Below are positions 10,264 to 24,300 of a DNA stretch of 64,000 bases, piece by piece. The first letter of the stretch is position 1; every line of letters starts with the position of its first letter. Source of the DNA: Podarcis bocagei (lineage: Eukaryota); assembly GCA_964188305.1 (NCBI GenBank), contig OZ076893.1; one strand, given 5' to 3'. Below the pieces are notes generated by a model. That model did no database searches. It had not been told where the DNA came from and was given only the letters and a program-made list of their open reading frames with translations. The translations under genes were made by a program, and so were the position numbers.

Positions 10264-13200
10264 AAGACTCAATTTGTAATAAGCTGGAGATGTTGGAAGT
10301 GTACAATCACGACTGCTTATCAAAGTTTGGGACAGTAAATACTGTAAATAGAGGAAATTGGTTTCACAAATACCATATGTGAGATAAGAATCAGTCCAAA
10401 TTAAATACTCTTAAGGCCCTTTGAGGCATGTAATTAACATACTCATTTAAATTGAAGCTTATTCCACCTTGGGCTGGATTGTGTGCTAAATAATTCTATA
10501 TTTTAAATACAAATATTGCACTATATTGCAATATGGTGAAGACTCATGGTGAAGTGCAGGTAAGAAATCTGATGTAGTAGTAGTATTGGTAGCTACCCTT
10601 TTATTTCTGCTTTAAATTTAAACAGGACAGATGAGTTTTCAATTTTTTTGTATTTCAATTTTATTATATAACTTTGAAATATTTTAATTTTTTAAAATTA
10701 GAGCAGATGTTTCAGAGGGAAAGTCCATGTATTCCCCCATAAAAATCTATCCGTTTTACAGCATCTGTTGAAATGTTGTGCATATAGGGAAACATACAGT
10801 TGTACTCTCTAGTTCATTACTTTCATTTAAAATGAAGATGGTCAGTAACAGTTCAGTCTTATATGTTCAACATGCTCCCAGGTTTGTATGTATGGGAGTG
10901 TAGCCTCTAGTAGATTTGAGCATCCTCATGGCACCCTCCAGCTTCTTACTGTCAATGCCCATCACAAATACCAGCCTTGAGCATTGTAGACTGACGCTGG
11001 AATCCAGTCTCAAAGAACATATGACTCTGGTGGCTGATCACGATTTTACTGTGTTTTATTTTCTGATATTACATTATAGTGGAAGCACAGTAAATCATGT
11101 GTTGCACCCTTCAAATGATGTTGTTTCATGCTGAGTCCACTAAACAGTATTAAAATTTTTAAAAAAACCCAAATAATACTATAAGAAAGCTGATACTTTG
11201 ATTCATCCAAAGACATCTATTTGCATTACAGGATCATTAAATACTATACCGAAAGTAACACATATAAAACAAACAGTTATAGCCAATTTGGCAGAAGGTC
11301 ACTCAATAATCTAAGTAGAATGGCACAGATACAAAATTATAAAAATGCTGTAAAATGGGTATTTGTTTCAGGGAATTTCCTGCTCCCCCTAAAAAGAATC
11401 AATATTGCCTGGTGTTATAGGATCAGTCTGAGCTTCTGAATCTGTTCATTTGGCAGTGGTAATTACTTCCTAGTAAAAATACTTGAGATTGGGATGTAAG
11501 AATTTTTTATATAAAAGTCTCTTAAGTGGCAGCCAGGGAAACGTCTATAAAACATTTTCTTATTTCCAAAGGCATAAGGGAAAATACATAGATACAACTG
11601 ACCTTAGATTGCAACAAAATAATTAGATATAGGGCACTCATTGGTTGATGTGCTGCACATCAGACGCTAGTTTTAATAGCGAAACCTATATGGCATGTGT
11701 TACCTCATTTGCTTGAATGTATAAAATCATCAGTAAATTTCTACAGGTAATACTAAGCATTTCTTTTTCAGTTCTATATGTAAATGTGCTTGTGTCCAAA
11801 CAGCATCATCTACTTCAAAGCAGTATTTCTACTACATGTATATTTGGGATCTAAACCTTCTCTCAAACCGCCAACATGTTCTTCAAATGAAAATTTTGTC
11901 CTTAAAATACAGATATTTAGTGATTCTAGTTATGGAATACACAGTGGATCTTCTGTTTTATGCATAACAAGTACAACTTCAAAGGTCTAATAAAATACTT
12001 TGTCAATGAAACCAGAATACCTCAAGCAGAACATGAATATACTCACCAACATCTTGTTACAGAATTAAGACTGAAAAAGGATTCTTGAGAATAGAGGCAT
12101 ATTAAAACACTCTCTCATACTGTAAAGCATGCAATGTAAATTAGCACAATGCACATGTTTGAGCAACATTCTGCATTACAAACTGAAGAACAGCACTGCA
12201 CTCTGTTGGATGTCCTGATATTGTTCTAATGTAATAAGCTCTCATATCCCCGGTAAATATATAAAAGGATTTGTCATTTTAAGACTTGCAGCAGCGCTGC
12301 ATTTTGACATCAGTTGTAATGCTTTTCATTCATTCTTGTCTGAGAATAAATGGAGGAAGCAAAATCTCAGTAACTGTTGGCAAAACCAGCCAGGGAGTGG
12401 AGGGATGGATGAGGCACAATACGTTATAGCATTATTTTGATGGAGGACCTACAATGCAAATTAATTAGAGAATAATTGCCCAAGATTACCATACAGCCAA
12501 AAAATGTAGTTACAGAAGGAAAAGAGGCAACAAACACATGTAGACCAATTAGTAATCTCTTTCCTGCTGCTGTGCATGTACATAATGCCAAATCCTGTCC
12601 CAATATATTCTTGCCTCAGTGAAATGAGTAGGGTGACTTGTAAAAGTAAAGACATACACAATCTGACAGGGCAAGGGCTGGATAATATGCCAGGTATATC
12701 TCCTGAGATTTGTGCTTTAGGATTTCATAATACGTTGATGTGATCTTTTCATGAGACAGATGTTCAGACAAGGCTGGTGGTTTGTAAAGGCAGGGAAGTG
12801 TGAAGAAGGGCTTGGCAAGCAGCCATCGTCAACAGGTAAATGAATGCAGAATACTGTATATATGGAGAAGGTTTGTATTGTTAACTGAGTCTTCCCAAGG
12901 CAAGCCAGAAGTCACATGTTCCTCATGGTTTCATTAAGTTAAATGAGATTTAGGTACAGCCTTGGGTAAAAGTGTTTGAGTGCATGCATGTGCACGCGCT
13001 CTCTCTCTCTCACTCTCACTCTCACACACACACACAAATGCACAGTTTGAAGTGAGTATGAATTTACGTTAGGCTGATATGTATTTTCCTCATCTCAGGA
13101 ACAGCTCTGTCAAACTGTTGTGTTTCTGTTGTTGGTTGAGGAAAGGAAAGATCTACTAAGATGTTTGCCTTTTATTACCCAACAAATAGGACACCTGTAG

Positions 13201-16200
13201 CTGTACTGAGGCTGTGTTCTTTGTTGACTTTGTGTGAAACTATTTCAAGGTGGTATGGAAGCCCTTATCTCAGAAATTAGTTAACTTCTAGTATTGCCTA
13301 CAGTTTCTATATTATCAATACTAGTGTGTTTTTTCTTAGAAGAGATTCATATAGATGATGGTCATCAGATATGAATGTGTGAACATGACATTCTTTTTTT
13401 AGGCAGGAAATTATAGCAGCAACAAAACTTTAAAGATACTTAGAGCAGATGTCATCCAAAAGGCACATTTTTTGTCATTTCCCCCATCAACTGCCTTAAT
13501 TATTTCCTGTGAGATGGGCAGATACTAATGAGAAAGAAGGCCTTTAGTTAAGAACTCTCTTCCAGATGTCCCCCTGCAGGGGAAGAATAATGAGGCTATT
13601 ATCTGAAGGCCAGATCTTATTTACCAGTTCAGAATAAGTTGCAGAATCCCCTCTTTTTTAGTATTACAAAATAATTTCTCCCCGGTGACCTGAAGATTTC
13701 AGGATCATTCTTTGATAGAGAATGTTTGAACTCTAGGCTGCTTATTGAAATGTGCTTTTGAAGAAAGAGTGAAAGGTTGAAGTTGCATTATTTGTTTTGA
13801 ATTCTGTTCCTGAGACAGAACAGGAACAGATGAACGCATTTTCTTTCTCAGAGCAACCATATATTTATCACCAATATCTGAATGGATATGGTAGCAAGAT
13901 ATTTCAGGCACAGAAACTGCAATTCCTTAATAACTATTAGAAGAATGATAAATAAAACTCTGCTAGGAATCTTTGACCAAAATAGTCTGATTAATATGTA
14001 TGTTGCCTCTTCTTAAAAAGAAAAAAAAATGTTTGGACATATAAAACTCAACCTTCCAAGACCTCAACAACCAGGCCTTTGGCTAATGAAGCAATTTATG
14101 GCCTTTTAAACTGGGGCGGGGTTTTTTTGTTTTTGTTTGATACAGTTATGTATTTTTGTGTTTTTATATTATAAACTGCCCTATGATCCCTGGATGGACG
14201 GTATAGAAATTTAATTAATTATAATTATAATAATGAGAAGGCCATGCACACTATGGCTAGTACTAGCCCCAATATTTGGTCCATTATGGAACTTGCTACT
14301 GATATTTCTGCTTACCAAAGGAGTGGCTAATCCCCAGTTTGGGGCACTGATCAATATCCCAAACAACCACCCCCAAATTTGGCAGAAGCAACAAAAAGTA
14401 TAAAAGTAAAGACAGTAAAGCCCAGTGCACTAATGGGAGGCAAGTTGCCCCCTGTCTGGTCATTAGATTAATAGTTTGCTGAATGGTGAGGGAACTATAA
14501 GTCCTTTCATCTCAGCCGATCTGCATGGGTCAACTGAGGAAGGAACCATCGCTGGTCTATCATGATGATCTGAAACCTGTGCTTTGACAAATGGTTCTGC
14601 AGGTTTGTTTCATTTCTTCAGATAGTTTTTGCATCCATTTTCATTGTGATCCTAATGGTGCCGTTCAAAATAAAAGCAGTATGATAACCTGTTGCTGTGT
14701 TATATACATTGACACCCAAAGAAATTGCTTCAGAATTTATATTATTTTATCCCTATTGTATTTCATAAACTAAAAGAAAGATGTATATTTTTCTACTACG
14801 CTTGGTATACATGATATGGTTTGAGGTAGATCAGAGCAAGACACACCTTCCACTAATTAATATATTTACATCTTCCAGAGCGTCAAGTCATGGTGGTTGT
14901 TCCATAATTACACCTGAAATGCTACATTTCCTATAAACAATTTTAATTGTTCTGATATTTTCAGAAAGATTTATCAACTGAATCATGTGAAAAGTTGAAT
15001 TTACGCCCAGACCTCTGTAGAAATTTCACTGTAACGCCTTACTACCATAATGATACAGTGATATAGTCACCATTCCTGCGTTTTAAGTGATATTAAATAA
15101 GCAGTCAGTTAAACAACTTTGCTCCTTGTATTCTAATTACCTTTCAGTTATGTCATTACAGTGAAACAAATTTAGATTACAATCTAGATAGCACCAGACA
15201 TTTTAAAATGATATGTTTTACAAGCATGGAGGCCATTTAATTCTTTATTTCTTCATATTGACATATATTAATCATCAGGATTTGAAACAAGCTTTAGCTG
15301 ATGAAATGTAATAACAAGTGAAAAGAAATACTATTCCTGTTTGTCTTTGCAGCACTGCCAAATCTATCAAATTGAAACTGACCTATGCAGACGGTTTGTG
15401 TAGTGCCCTTCAAATAATAAGCCCCTCAAGCAAACCACCAAAAAGTCTTTATGAAACCTAGAGAGTCTATGGAGGCCATGTTCACATATCACGCCAAGAC
15501 ATAAACTTCCACAGCACAGGGGAGAGGAGCAAAGTTACCCAATCAGCTTATAAGCCATGGTATAGGGCTTACTGAACATGGTCTCTCTGTCCTAACAACA
15601 AATGCCTCAGGATGCAGCGAAGGTGTGTTCAAACTAGGTTTCACTACCATTTAGAATGTCTGCCCATCTTCATCTTTCAAACTGGAAGTGACCATTCACA
15701 TTCTATTCCACTAGTCTATCTTAAGGGAAGGACCATATTTCAATGCATCTTGCTTATAGAAGGTGCCAAATTCAATCCCTACCATCTCCGGTTAAAAGAA
15801 CTTCAGACAATATGATCATGAAAAACCTCTGTGAAGCGTCATGGAGAGCCACTGCCAATCAGAGTAGACGATTCCGAGCTAGATAAACCAAAGGTCTAAC
15901 TCTGGTTTCTCATACAGTCTCCACTGTTGAGGATCTGGTCTCTCAGCCTCATTTGCAACTGCTACTGTTATGCAATGATGCTGCTGAAATAAGGCACGTA
16001 AGACAGGGAGGTGTACACTCTGCTCAGGAGAAGACTTTGCTTGCTTTCACTCAACTATGGCAACAGCTTTTGGACACAGCTACTTCCACATGCATGAGGG
16101 AAGGAGATTAGTCCTATGTTTTCATGGGGCAACAGCACACCTGAAAAACTTGCTACCCCTACATGCTTTTTTATTTGGACAGTTATGTAGAGATATAAAC

Positions 16201-16730
16201 AAGCACAGGCCTTTTGGGGATCATTCATGTTTGTAATTGTTCAGTGATGTGAACATGTGTATGAAATTTGGTCATATAAGACAGGAAAAATATTACTTCT
16301 TTGTAAATATATATATATTATACTCCATCTGTACCGATATTAGAGCAGTGTATAAAGTTGTGAGATAAAATTAATCAAAGTTACCAAGATCAGACAGTTG
16401 CACAAAGACTTTTCATTTTATAAATAACTTAATTCAAATAAAACAAATGTAAAACTACACTATTTACTAGACTTCAATAATATATTGCCCGTCAAATGTT
16501 TCAAAACACAATATAACTCAACAATCAGATTTTCACATCCGATATTTTTTCATGGTCTCTGCTCCCTTTCAATCTATAGTTCCCTTGTTCATAAGCTGAC
16601 TTGACTTGCATCAATTGTACAAATAGGACTTCCTGCATTTTCACTTTTGTCCTAAGCTAGAGATTTCAGCAGATGTCGCAATTGGTTTTGAACATAGTCA
16701 TTTAAGGTTCTGGAACAATGAATGGACATC

Positions 16731-16809
16731 AGAAGGAAGGAAGGAAAGGAGGAAGGAAGGAAAGAAGGAAGGAAGGAAGGAAGGAAGGAAGGAAGGAAGG
16801 AAGGAAGGA
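16731..16809 (+). repeat. (GGAA)n microsatellite
   Basis: Direct reading. Confidence 0.95.
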
Positions 16810-18085
16810 GCGACAAAATATAGACTGATTTATTGCTTTTATATAAAATACGGTTTTTTGGATGTATTTCTTAAAATGATATTTAAAAGGTAGATGATGT
16901 TTGAAAGTTATGAAAGGAAGGGTCTGAGGTTTGTTTTAGGACTTTTAATGGAAATGCTGGGATAATTTTCACAGGAGTTCTTCTTTTCTACTATAATGGG
17001 AAATGATGCGTGTGGTGTGGTATTTTAACATTTAGTTGGTGTTCGATCATGGCAGCAAAAAAAATGGTGTGTTTTTTTCATTTCTCTCTCACTTTCTTTG
17101 AGAAATTAGAAAGGTTAAAAAGGCTCCCCATAATATTAATGTTGCAATTAAGAAATGATCCCTTAAAATCTTAATCCTATAAAGCAAAACTTTATTTAGT
17201 AAATTTATATCCTGCCTTTCCTCCCAAAGGAGCCCAGGGTGACAAACAATGAGTAATTTTAAACAATTTTGAAAATGCTGAAAGCATATTAATTTGATCC
17301 TAAGTGTTTTTCTATAGTCTTACATTGCTTAGGCTACATTGATTTGGTAAAATGCCAAATGTATGTGTGATTGTAGCATAAGCACCATTAAAAGCAGTTT
17401 TCATGTCTCTGACACATGTTGTGGTAATTATGACAACAGGGCAACAATTAATACGCCCATTCCAAAATATAGAAAGATTCCCTTGCTATATTGACTCACC
17501 CACCACTAATGGCTGGACCCATGATTCTCACTGCTGCATCATGAAATACGTGCAGATCCCTGATGACATGATCAGATCTGTCAGCTTGGAATGTGTATAT
17601 CATATGCTTGGGAGGAAGGCCTAGATTGACTAGATTGACATTCCATCCTAAAGATAATCAGTAGGTAGCTATGTGTACATGGCATGTCCAGTTTCACGTA
17701 TGCATCCCACTACTACCAATGTGTACCTGTAGATTCAGGCCACTATATCATCTCTACAGGAGTCAGAATGATGACCCCGCAAAAATAAACAAGCATTATT
17801 TCTCTTCTGCTTGTTCCTTTACATCTTGAGGAGCTCTTCATTTTTTAAAATGAATTTCTATTTGAAATAACTGCAAACTGCATTTTTGAAGGCATTTCAA
17901 ATGCACTGGAGAAAGGGAGGGGGGATCCAGGTAATATGAAAGGAGGAAGAATAACCTCTGACCTGACATTACCAAAAATACAAATAAAAAGAGACACTAA
18001 GATGAAAACAAAATAGTGTCATGGATTTACATATGGGGTTTTTGATGGAAACTAGGGCTGGGGTTTTTTTTAGATCAAAACTCAC

Positions 18086-18148
18086 CATCTCAAAACCACT
18101 CCTTTTCATCCGCCTGCAGGACTTGAGGTAAGTACGTATACGCTTTCT
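18086..18148 (-). CDS. NOL4: NOL4 coding exon (~human exon 8), only the 3' 63 nt visible: RKRIRTYLKSCRRMKRSGFEM; the 5' part lies in the assembly gap
   Basis: Translation matches the recalled conserved NOL4/NOL4L motif; donor ATG|gtgag at 18085; sequence runs into Ns at 18149. A 192-nt exon would start near 18277. Confidence 0.93.
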
Positions 18149-18320
18149 NNNNNNNNNNNNNNNNNNNNNNNNNNNNNNNNNNNNNNNNNNNNNNNNNNNN
18201 NNNNNNNNNNNNNNNNNNNNNNNNNNNNNNNNNNNNNNNNNNNNNNNNNNNNNNNNNNNNNNNNNNNNNNNNNNNNNNNNNNNNNNNNNNNNNNNNNNNN
18301 NNNNNNNNNNNNNNNNNNNN
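18149..18320. other. Assembly gap (172 N) truncating a NOL4 exon
   Basis: Run of n characters. Confidence 1.
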
Positions 18321-18987
18321 GTGTTCTCTTCTCTTTCTAAGCTTCCTGGCTCAGTTACAGAGAGGAAGACATTTTCTTTATTTTTATTTTTCTTTATTTA
18401 CACAGTGAAGAGCTTTGTAATGGAAAGTCAGAAATGCTAAGCAAGCAAGGATTTTGTTTTAGGATTGACAAAAAGAAGACAAGAAAAGATTAGGCTGTAG
18501 TGTATAGAAATTGTGAGGGAAATAAAACACAGATTGTGAAAATAGGCACTGTTTTCATGTCTGTTATTAACAATGCAGTAGGATGCCTACATTGTTATAC
18601 TGAACTGCGTCTCTTACTCTTCCCCTGCTGTGAGCAATTTTTGCGTACGTTGTCATGCAAAATTATATAAATCTGGAAAATAATAGAAAATAGCTGGCCG
18701 CTGGAATACACTCCTGGAACTACACTGCAGCCCCCTAGTCCCTACTGCTGCTGTCCACTGAGCAAACATGCACACACACACAAAACACACAACTGAGGTA
18801 AATATACGTTAAACCTCTAAATCTGGTGAACTGGTGTCTGTTTCCAAGTGTTTCAATGTGTGCGGAGGGAGGGAGGTCCCCCTTCTAATAAAGTTAGTGT
18901 ACCTCTTTTACTGCCACATATACCCATAATAAATGCCACAAATAAGAAAATAAAATTCTGAAGGGCATAAAGCTCCATGTAACTCAC

Positions 18988-19167
18988 ATTAAAAGCTTTC
19001 AGACGCTCCGCTTCTACACCATCCGACTCATTGGCCTTCTCAGCATCTTCGTGTTCATCATGATCATCCTCGTCCTCTTCTCCACGGTTCAGGGAGAGGT
19101 CTTCTGCACCTCTGTCCATGCTTTCATTCTTGCCAGAATCATAGCTTGAATAGCTATGGGCAGGTGA
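18988..19167 (-). CDS. NOL4: NOL4 internal coding exon (~human exon 7), 180 nt: SPAHSYSSYDSGKNESMDRGAEDLSLNRGEEDEDDHDEHEDAEKANESDGVEAERLKAFN
   Basis: Overlaps ORF 18853..19119(-); acceptor tttattcctag, donor AAT|gtgag; phase 0-0. Confidence 0.97.
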
Positions 19168-19717
19168 CTAGGAATAAAGGAAGCCATTTTGTAAAACGTG
19201 TCTGAGGAAATCACCTGCTTCAACCTCAACAAATCCTTGCCTTCTCTACATACTAACAGATTCCCCAAATGGACTTTTTTGAATAGAAATTGTGTTCAAG
19301 AACTCTTTGTATGGGGCTTTAGAGTAAGGCAGCATGTACCGGTAATTGTACAGTTCATAAGTAATAATTTTTTTAAAAAAGCACAATTTAGCCATAACAT
19401 TCACTTCAGAAGTTGGGAAGAAGAGAGCCGATGTGATCCAATGGACAGGATGATTAATTTGGACTTGTTAAGAACTAAGTTTAATATTCCAGTTCTGCCA
19501 TGGAATCAGAGTCCAGCCTAAGGTAAAACAGTATCTGGGAATTCTTCTTATAGCCAGTTGCTCTTATTGTTGTTTGATGGATTTATCTTCAAAATATATT
19601 CAAAATTTATACATGCCTGTGCTCTTCATAACTGGCATGATACGCCTGCATTTCATGTTCATGGAAAGGGTCCTTATTACAATACATACTATAAAAATGG
19701 CATTCCAGTTACATTTA

Positions 19718-19720
<3 letters not shown>

Positions 19721-19768
<48 letters not shown>
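19721..19768 (+). repeat. (CT)n microsatellite
   Basis: Direct reading. Confidence 0.95.
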
Positions 19769-19773
<5 letters not shown>

Positions 19774-21247
19774 CGCCTATATAATAAAAGTGAAAAGTGC
19801 CTCAGATGTCTTCATTTCAGCTGCAAGTTCCTCTACATGACTGCAAAGTTTAGAGTTAATATTTCATTTTCTGCGAAGTTAAATAGTTGTGATGTTGAAC
19901 AAACATTCTTTTTCTTAAACAGGTGTGTGTAAAACAAAGAGAAATCTTTTCATAAGTAATTTCCCATCATGTTCAGTTAACCAACTATATCGTGGAGAAA
20001 ACTGACTTATAAGTAGTATTTCTATGCTAATCCAATTTCACATGGTGTTTTCTTTTAGTATATAGAATAGTTTGTTTTGATAGCTTTCCCAGAATACTAA
20101 TACGTGTGTGTGTGTGTGTGTACCAATTACATACATGAAAAAAACAAGGCAGAAAGAAGAGAAGCCATTCAATATTTCAATTGCTAATGACAATGCACAC
20201 TTATTTAAGTTTCTGTAAACTACATTTAATTCTGGAAATTGTAACATGCAGATTGATCCTTTCATTTTACCAAATTCACCAACAACTGTAAATACTATAA
20301 GTTTTGTCACCTTCAAATTGCCAACAGTGTATATTTGTGTAACACTTGTAGTTGTTTAAATTGACTGTTTTAGTTTTCTCTTTACCGCATATATGTATTT
20401 TTATATACAAAGCAATATAGAAATATCCTTAATAAAACAAATGTTTAAAGTTGTGTGAGAGAGAAAGTGAAACATTTTGTTTTCCCTGCAAAGCTTTTCA
20501 TTCATCAGGATTCATAATTTCCTTTAGGATGGAATCAATAGCTTGCTGGATAAATCACATGTGTCCATTTCATTAAACAATTACTCACTCAGAGTGCCCA
20601 AAACTTGGCAACTACCAACAGAATCAGATACTACAGTTTTCCCCTAACAGATTTAGATTTTGGATGGAACTCTTTCTGTATATTTTGCACAGCAACCCAA
20701 TACAAGCCAAAACACACATTCAATTCTATCAATATAGCTAAAAGATGCATATGTACCAATTGATGTGTTTAGAGAACATATAAAGTGGCTGCATCTCTGC
20801 CAGTTTATGAGATATGAACATCTGCGTGGGTAAGTTGTGATGATGTACAACCAAGATGAAGGATCTCCACTGCAGATCTGTGATTTGGGAATGGAACCAC
20901 CTCTGGAAGGCTGTGCTGGAGTCTCACTGTGACTAACTTGTATTGGGCCTATTTCTATTGTACAGTACTGCGCCATTCCTTTAGTTGGAGGTATGATGCA
21001 TCTTCTCAGCCCTCCTCCCATTTCTTCCTGCTCAAAGGCAAGAATAGGAGGCACAGAAACAGATTAAGTAAAGAGAATTTTTTTTTAAAAGTAGAGAATA
21101 CTTGGCATCTGGAAATGAGGAGTCTCTAAGTGCTCAGAATGGGATGGGTAGACAGGTTGTGGGTGGAGAGAAACAGGCCATAAAAACCATTCAGTTATTT
21201 GCTCTTTTTGCCTCTCTGCATTTCATTTTTTTAATCCTCTTTCTCAC

Positions 21248-21328
21248 AGAATCATAGAATTGTCCAAGGTGGGGCTCAAACTCACAACCCTAAGATTAAA
21301 AGTCTCATGCTTAACTGACTAAACTATC
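21248..21328 (-). pseudogene. tRNA-Lys(CTT)-derived pseudogene/SINE remnant
   Basis: gtccaaggtggggctcaaactcacaaccctaagattaaaagtctcatgc..actgactaaacta resembles reverse-complemented tRNA-Lys with many mismatches; adjacent agaatcatagaat CR1-type tail. Confidence 0.65.
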
Positions 21329-24300
21329 ATGTTTTCCTTCTGTTCCAATTTCTAGCCTTTAACCAGTTATCAGCATTGTGTCTGCTCTGTATCCTCCTCC
21401 TGAACAGCAGAAAGTGAACTATGCAGAATCAGAATAACACTAGGCAGTTCTCCTAGTTTTGTTTACACTAAAACACAAATGGATATGGGGAGCCTGGAGG
21501 AATGTGGGATTTTACTTGCTTACACCTGCCTGAGGCTAGTAACTGGAAGCACTATTTTTGTTTGTTAAATTTCAGTACTCAGTTGGAATCCATACAGGTG
21601 CTGGTAATGCAACAGGTTTATTAAACAGGCTGACCAGATGGAAGTGAGGCCACCAAACCTACAGGTGTACCTTATTATAATGCAATCCATATCTGCTCAT
21701 ATGGCCTCTTCTACACAGCTATTAAAGGTAAAGGTTCTCTGGCCTCTTTGGCTTCAAGCCACCTTAAGGGGAATATACAATTGCCTGTCACAGCTTGAAA
21801 TAAACAAGCAGGATTTTGCCTGGTCAAAGGGAAAGGTAGGGAGGAGTCCAGAGGCTTAAAGAGTGCTGCACAGTCAAAAGAGGATCATTAAACAGATCTT
21901 ATATAATATACAATGAACAGTTTGGATTTTACAATTGATTTCTCTAACAGTGTAATCCTCGAGGGTTTGGATTAGTTGGCCTTTTGGCCAATTCCGTTTG
22001 TATATTCTTGGGTAAACAGTATCTACTGACAGCAAAAGACAACATTTCTTTGATAATATCTTGGTATGTATTACTGTCAAAATAAATTCATGGGGAGAGG
22101 TTTTGTATGAAATATACTGAAATGCTTATTTATCTACTACAGTATCTACTTCTGTGTACTATTGACTTGTACAGCCTTCTGCTACTTCTACTTCTGCTAC
22201 ATGTTTTGGAAAGTGGTTTGTTCGTCTGTCTTTCTGTTCTCCATGCATGACTGTTCCTGAGGTGGAAGAGAGAGCTTTTGCCTACATTGGGGAGCCATCA
22301 GGCACCATTTTGAACCAAGGTGGCAGACTTAAGTGTTCCACACTACACCAATTTGGGTGCCTTGGGAGATTTTGATGCCCGGTTTGTTCTGACAGCTCCC
22401 AAGATTGAGAATCAAGGTTTGGTCTATGCTTGTATACCATTGTGAGCCATTCTGTAGGCATCCCAAGATGCAGGTCCAAGCCAAGGTGGTCTCTGGCCTC
22501 TTAAGCAGACCTCAGCTTTTGTGGCTGGAGTCTGGGTTGTGGGGCCAGTGTGTCCTTGTGTGGTGAGTACCAGCACCTTTCCCCCCCTAGGTTTTTTATA
22601 AGGTTTTTTAAAACCGTAATTAAACATTAGCCCTAAACCCAAATTGATTAGGGGCCGGCTATGGTCTAGTGTTATTGGGTCAGTTTGGGGCCCTGGGGCA
22701 GGGGGCAAGACTACACATAGCCCTGAGAGTAACAAATTACACCATCCATTCATAAATCTCAATAATTTTTGGTTTCTTAATTTTCCTGGGCAGACACTTC
22801 CAGCTTGTATTAATATAAATTACCGTACTCTGAAAATGTGCCCCTTTATTTTTCCAGAAATGTCTGATAATGCAATTTTTTGAGTGTCTTCTCATTTTTA
22901 TGCAGAGCACAATATAACACAGGACTGAAGCATAATCTTTCCATATTTATTTAATATAATTTCACTTCACAGCTTGATCGAAGGCCAGAAAAGCTAAAGT
23001 GATGGTTATATAAAATTTGTTCAAGGCATGAAATAACTCTTTCATGAAACTGATTTGATAGGGGGATTTTTTTTTAAAGACTCTTTTTGACTAACACAAA
23101 TCCTCTAGGAAAAGCAGTATGACTGTATTTGAGTGTGTTTTCATCAAGGCCAACAGATACCCAGAGCTTCCTTGCATGTCTAGTCATGTGATATTAGAAG
23201 AAACCAGGATTTTTAATTACACACAATTCTCTAGTGAAGAACAATGGGTGACTACTAATTTAATCCTTGTCCCTTTCACATTGGATGGCCAGTGTTCAAA
23301 TCTGTATTCTGTGTGATACAAGATAATAGCTGGCTACAACATTATCTCAAACTATAAACACATGTATGCATATTTCAGTTTAAAATTTCTACCAATTATA
23401 TTTTACATAAAGACCTTTTCATGGAACTCATTAAGGCAATTTCCAGGGAGTATCCATCTGCAATGGTGAATGTTATTATTTGCACTCATAGCAGAGTGAA
23501 TGGCCCTATACCAACCAGTATGGCCGCAAAGCACCTTTCTTCTTTCTGAATACAGAAGGGATATATTAGGTTTGCAGAAAAATACTAGAACTGCACATGG
23601 AACAGCGCAGTGCAGAGTGCAAGCACGGTCCCATCTCCAGCAACAGAACATGGAATCTCCAAGCAGGTGCCAAAGTCCCAGCTCCCTAGTAGGCACACCA
23701 GTGCTGACACTTGTGTTGAGCACAGTGAAAATGTTATTTTAGCTGCAAGTTCTCTGCTGCTTGCTTCTATTAGCAATACTATTTCAAGTGTTTTACTGTA
23801 TTTGCATACCCTCCAACTGTCCTGAAATTGCTGGGACCATCATGAAAACCCTTGAGGAATCACGGGTTCTTATTTTGCCATGTAGAGTTCAGATTTAAGC
23901 TGCTCTTAAAGGGGCAATGGACTTGCAGCTAGCTTTAATGGCCCCTTTAAGAGTAGCTTGGCTCCCCATCTTGTATCCACACCCATTGATATGTTTTGCA
24001 TCAGGGAATTTTGCAGCCCAGGTTTGAGTGCACACATCGGTGTTGTAGGGTGTGTGTGAGTGAAGGTGTTTCCATAGCCAACGGCACCTATTAGGAGAAG
24101 AGAAGAGCTTCTCCACAGATCCCTCACCTAATTAGAAAATTTTGGTTCTAATCTTTGTATTTGCCTTACATCAAAAGTTTTATTATTCTTTCAAAACCTT
24201 GCTGCCCCAGTTCCAAGTAATACATTTTGTAAATTCTTGCAGATTCTGAAATGTTAGCCTCAGATTCCTTTTCAGTTATGCTTTACCAACTGCTTCTTTC

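Noticed and set aside
21260-21328. Functional tRNA-Lys gene
   Set aside because: Multiple mismatches, incomplete acceptor stem and an attached CR1-like tail indicate a SINE or pseudogene.
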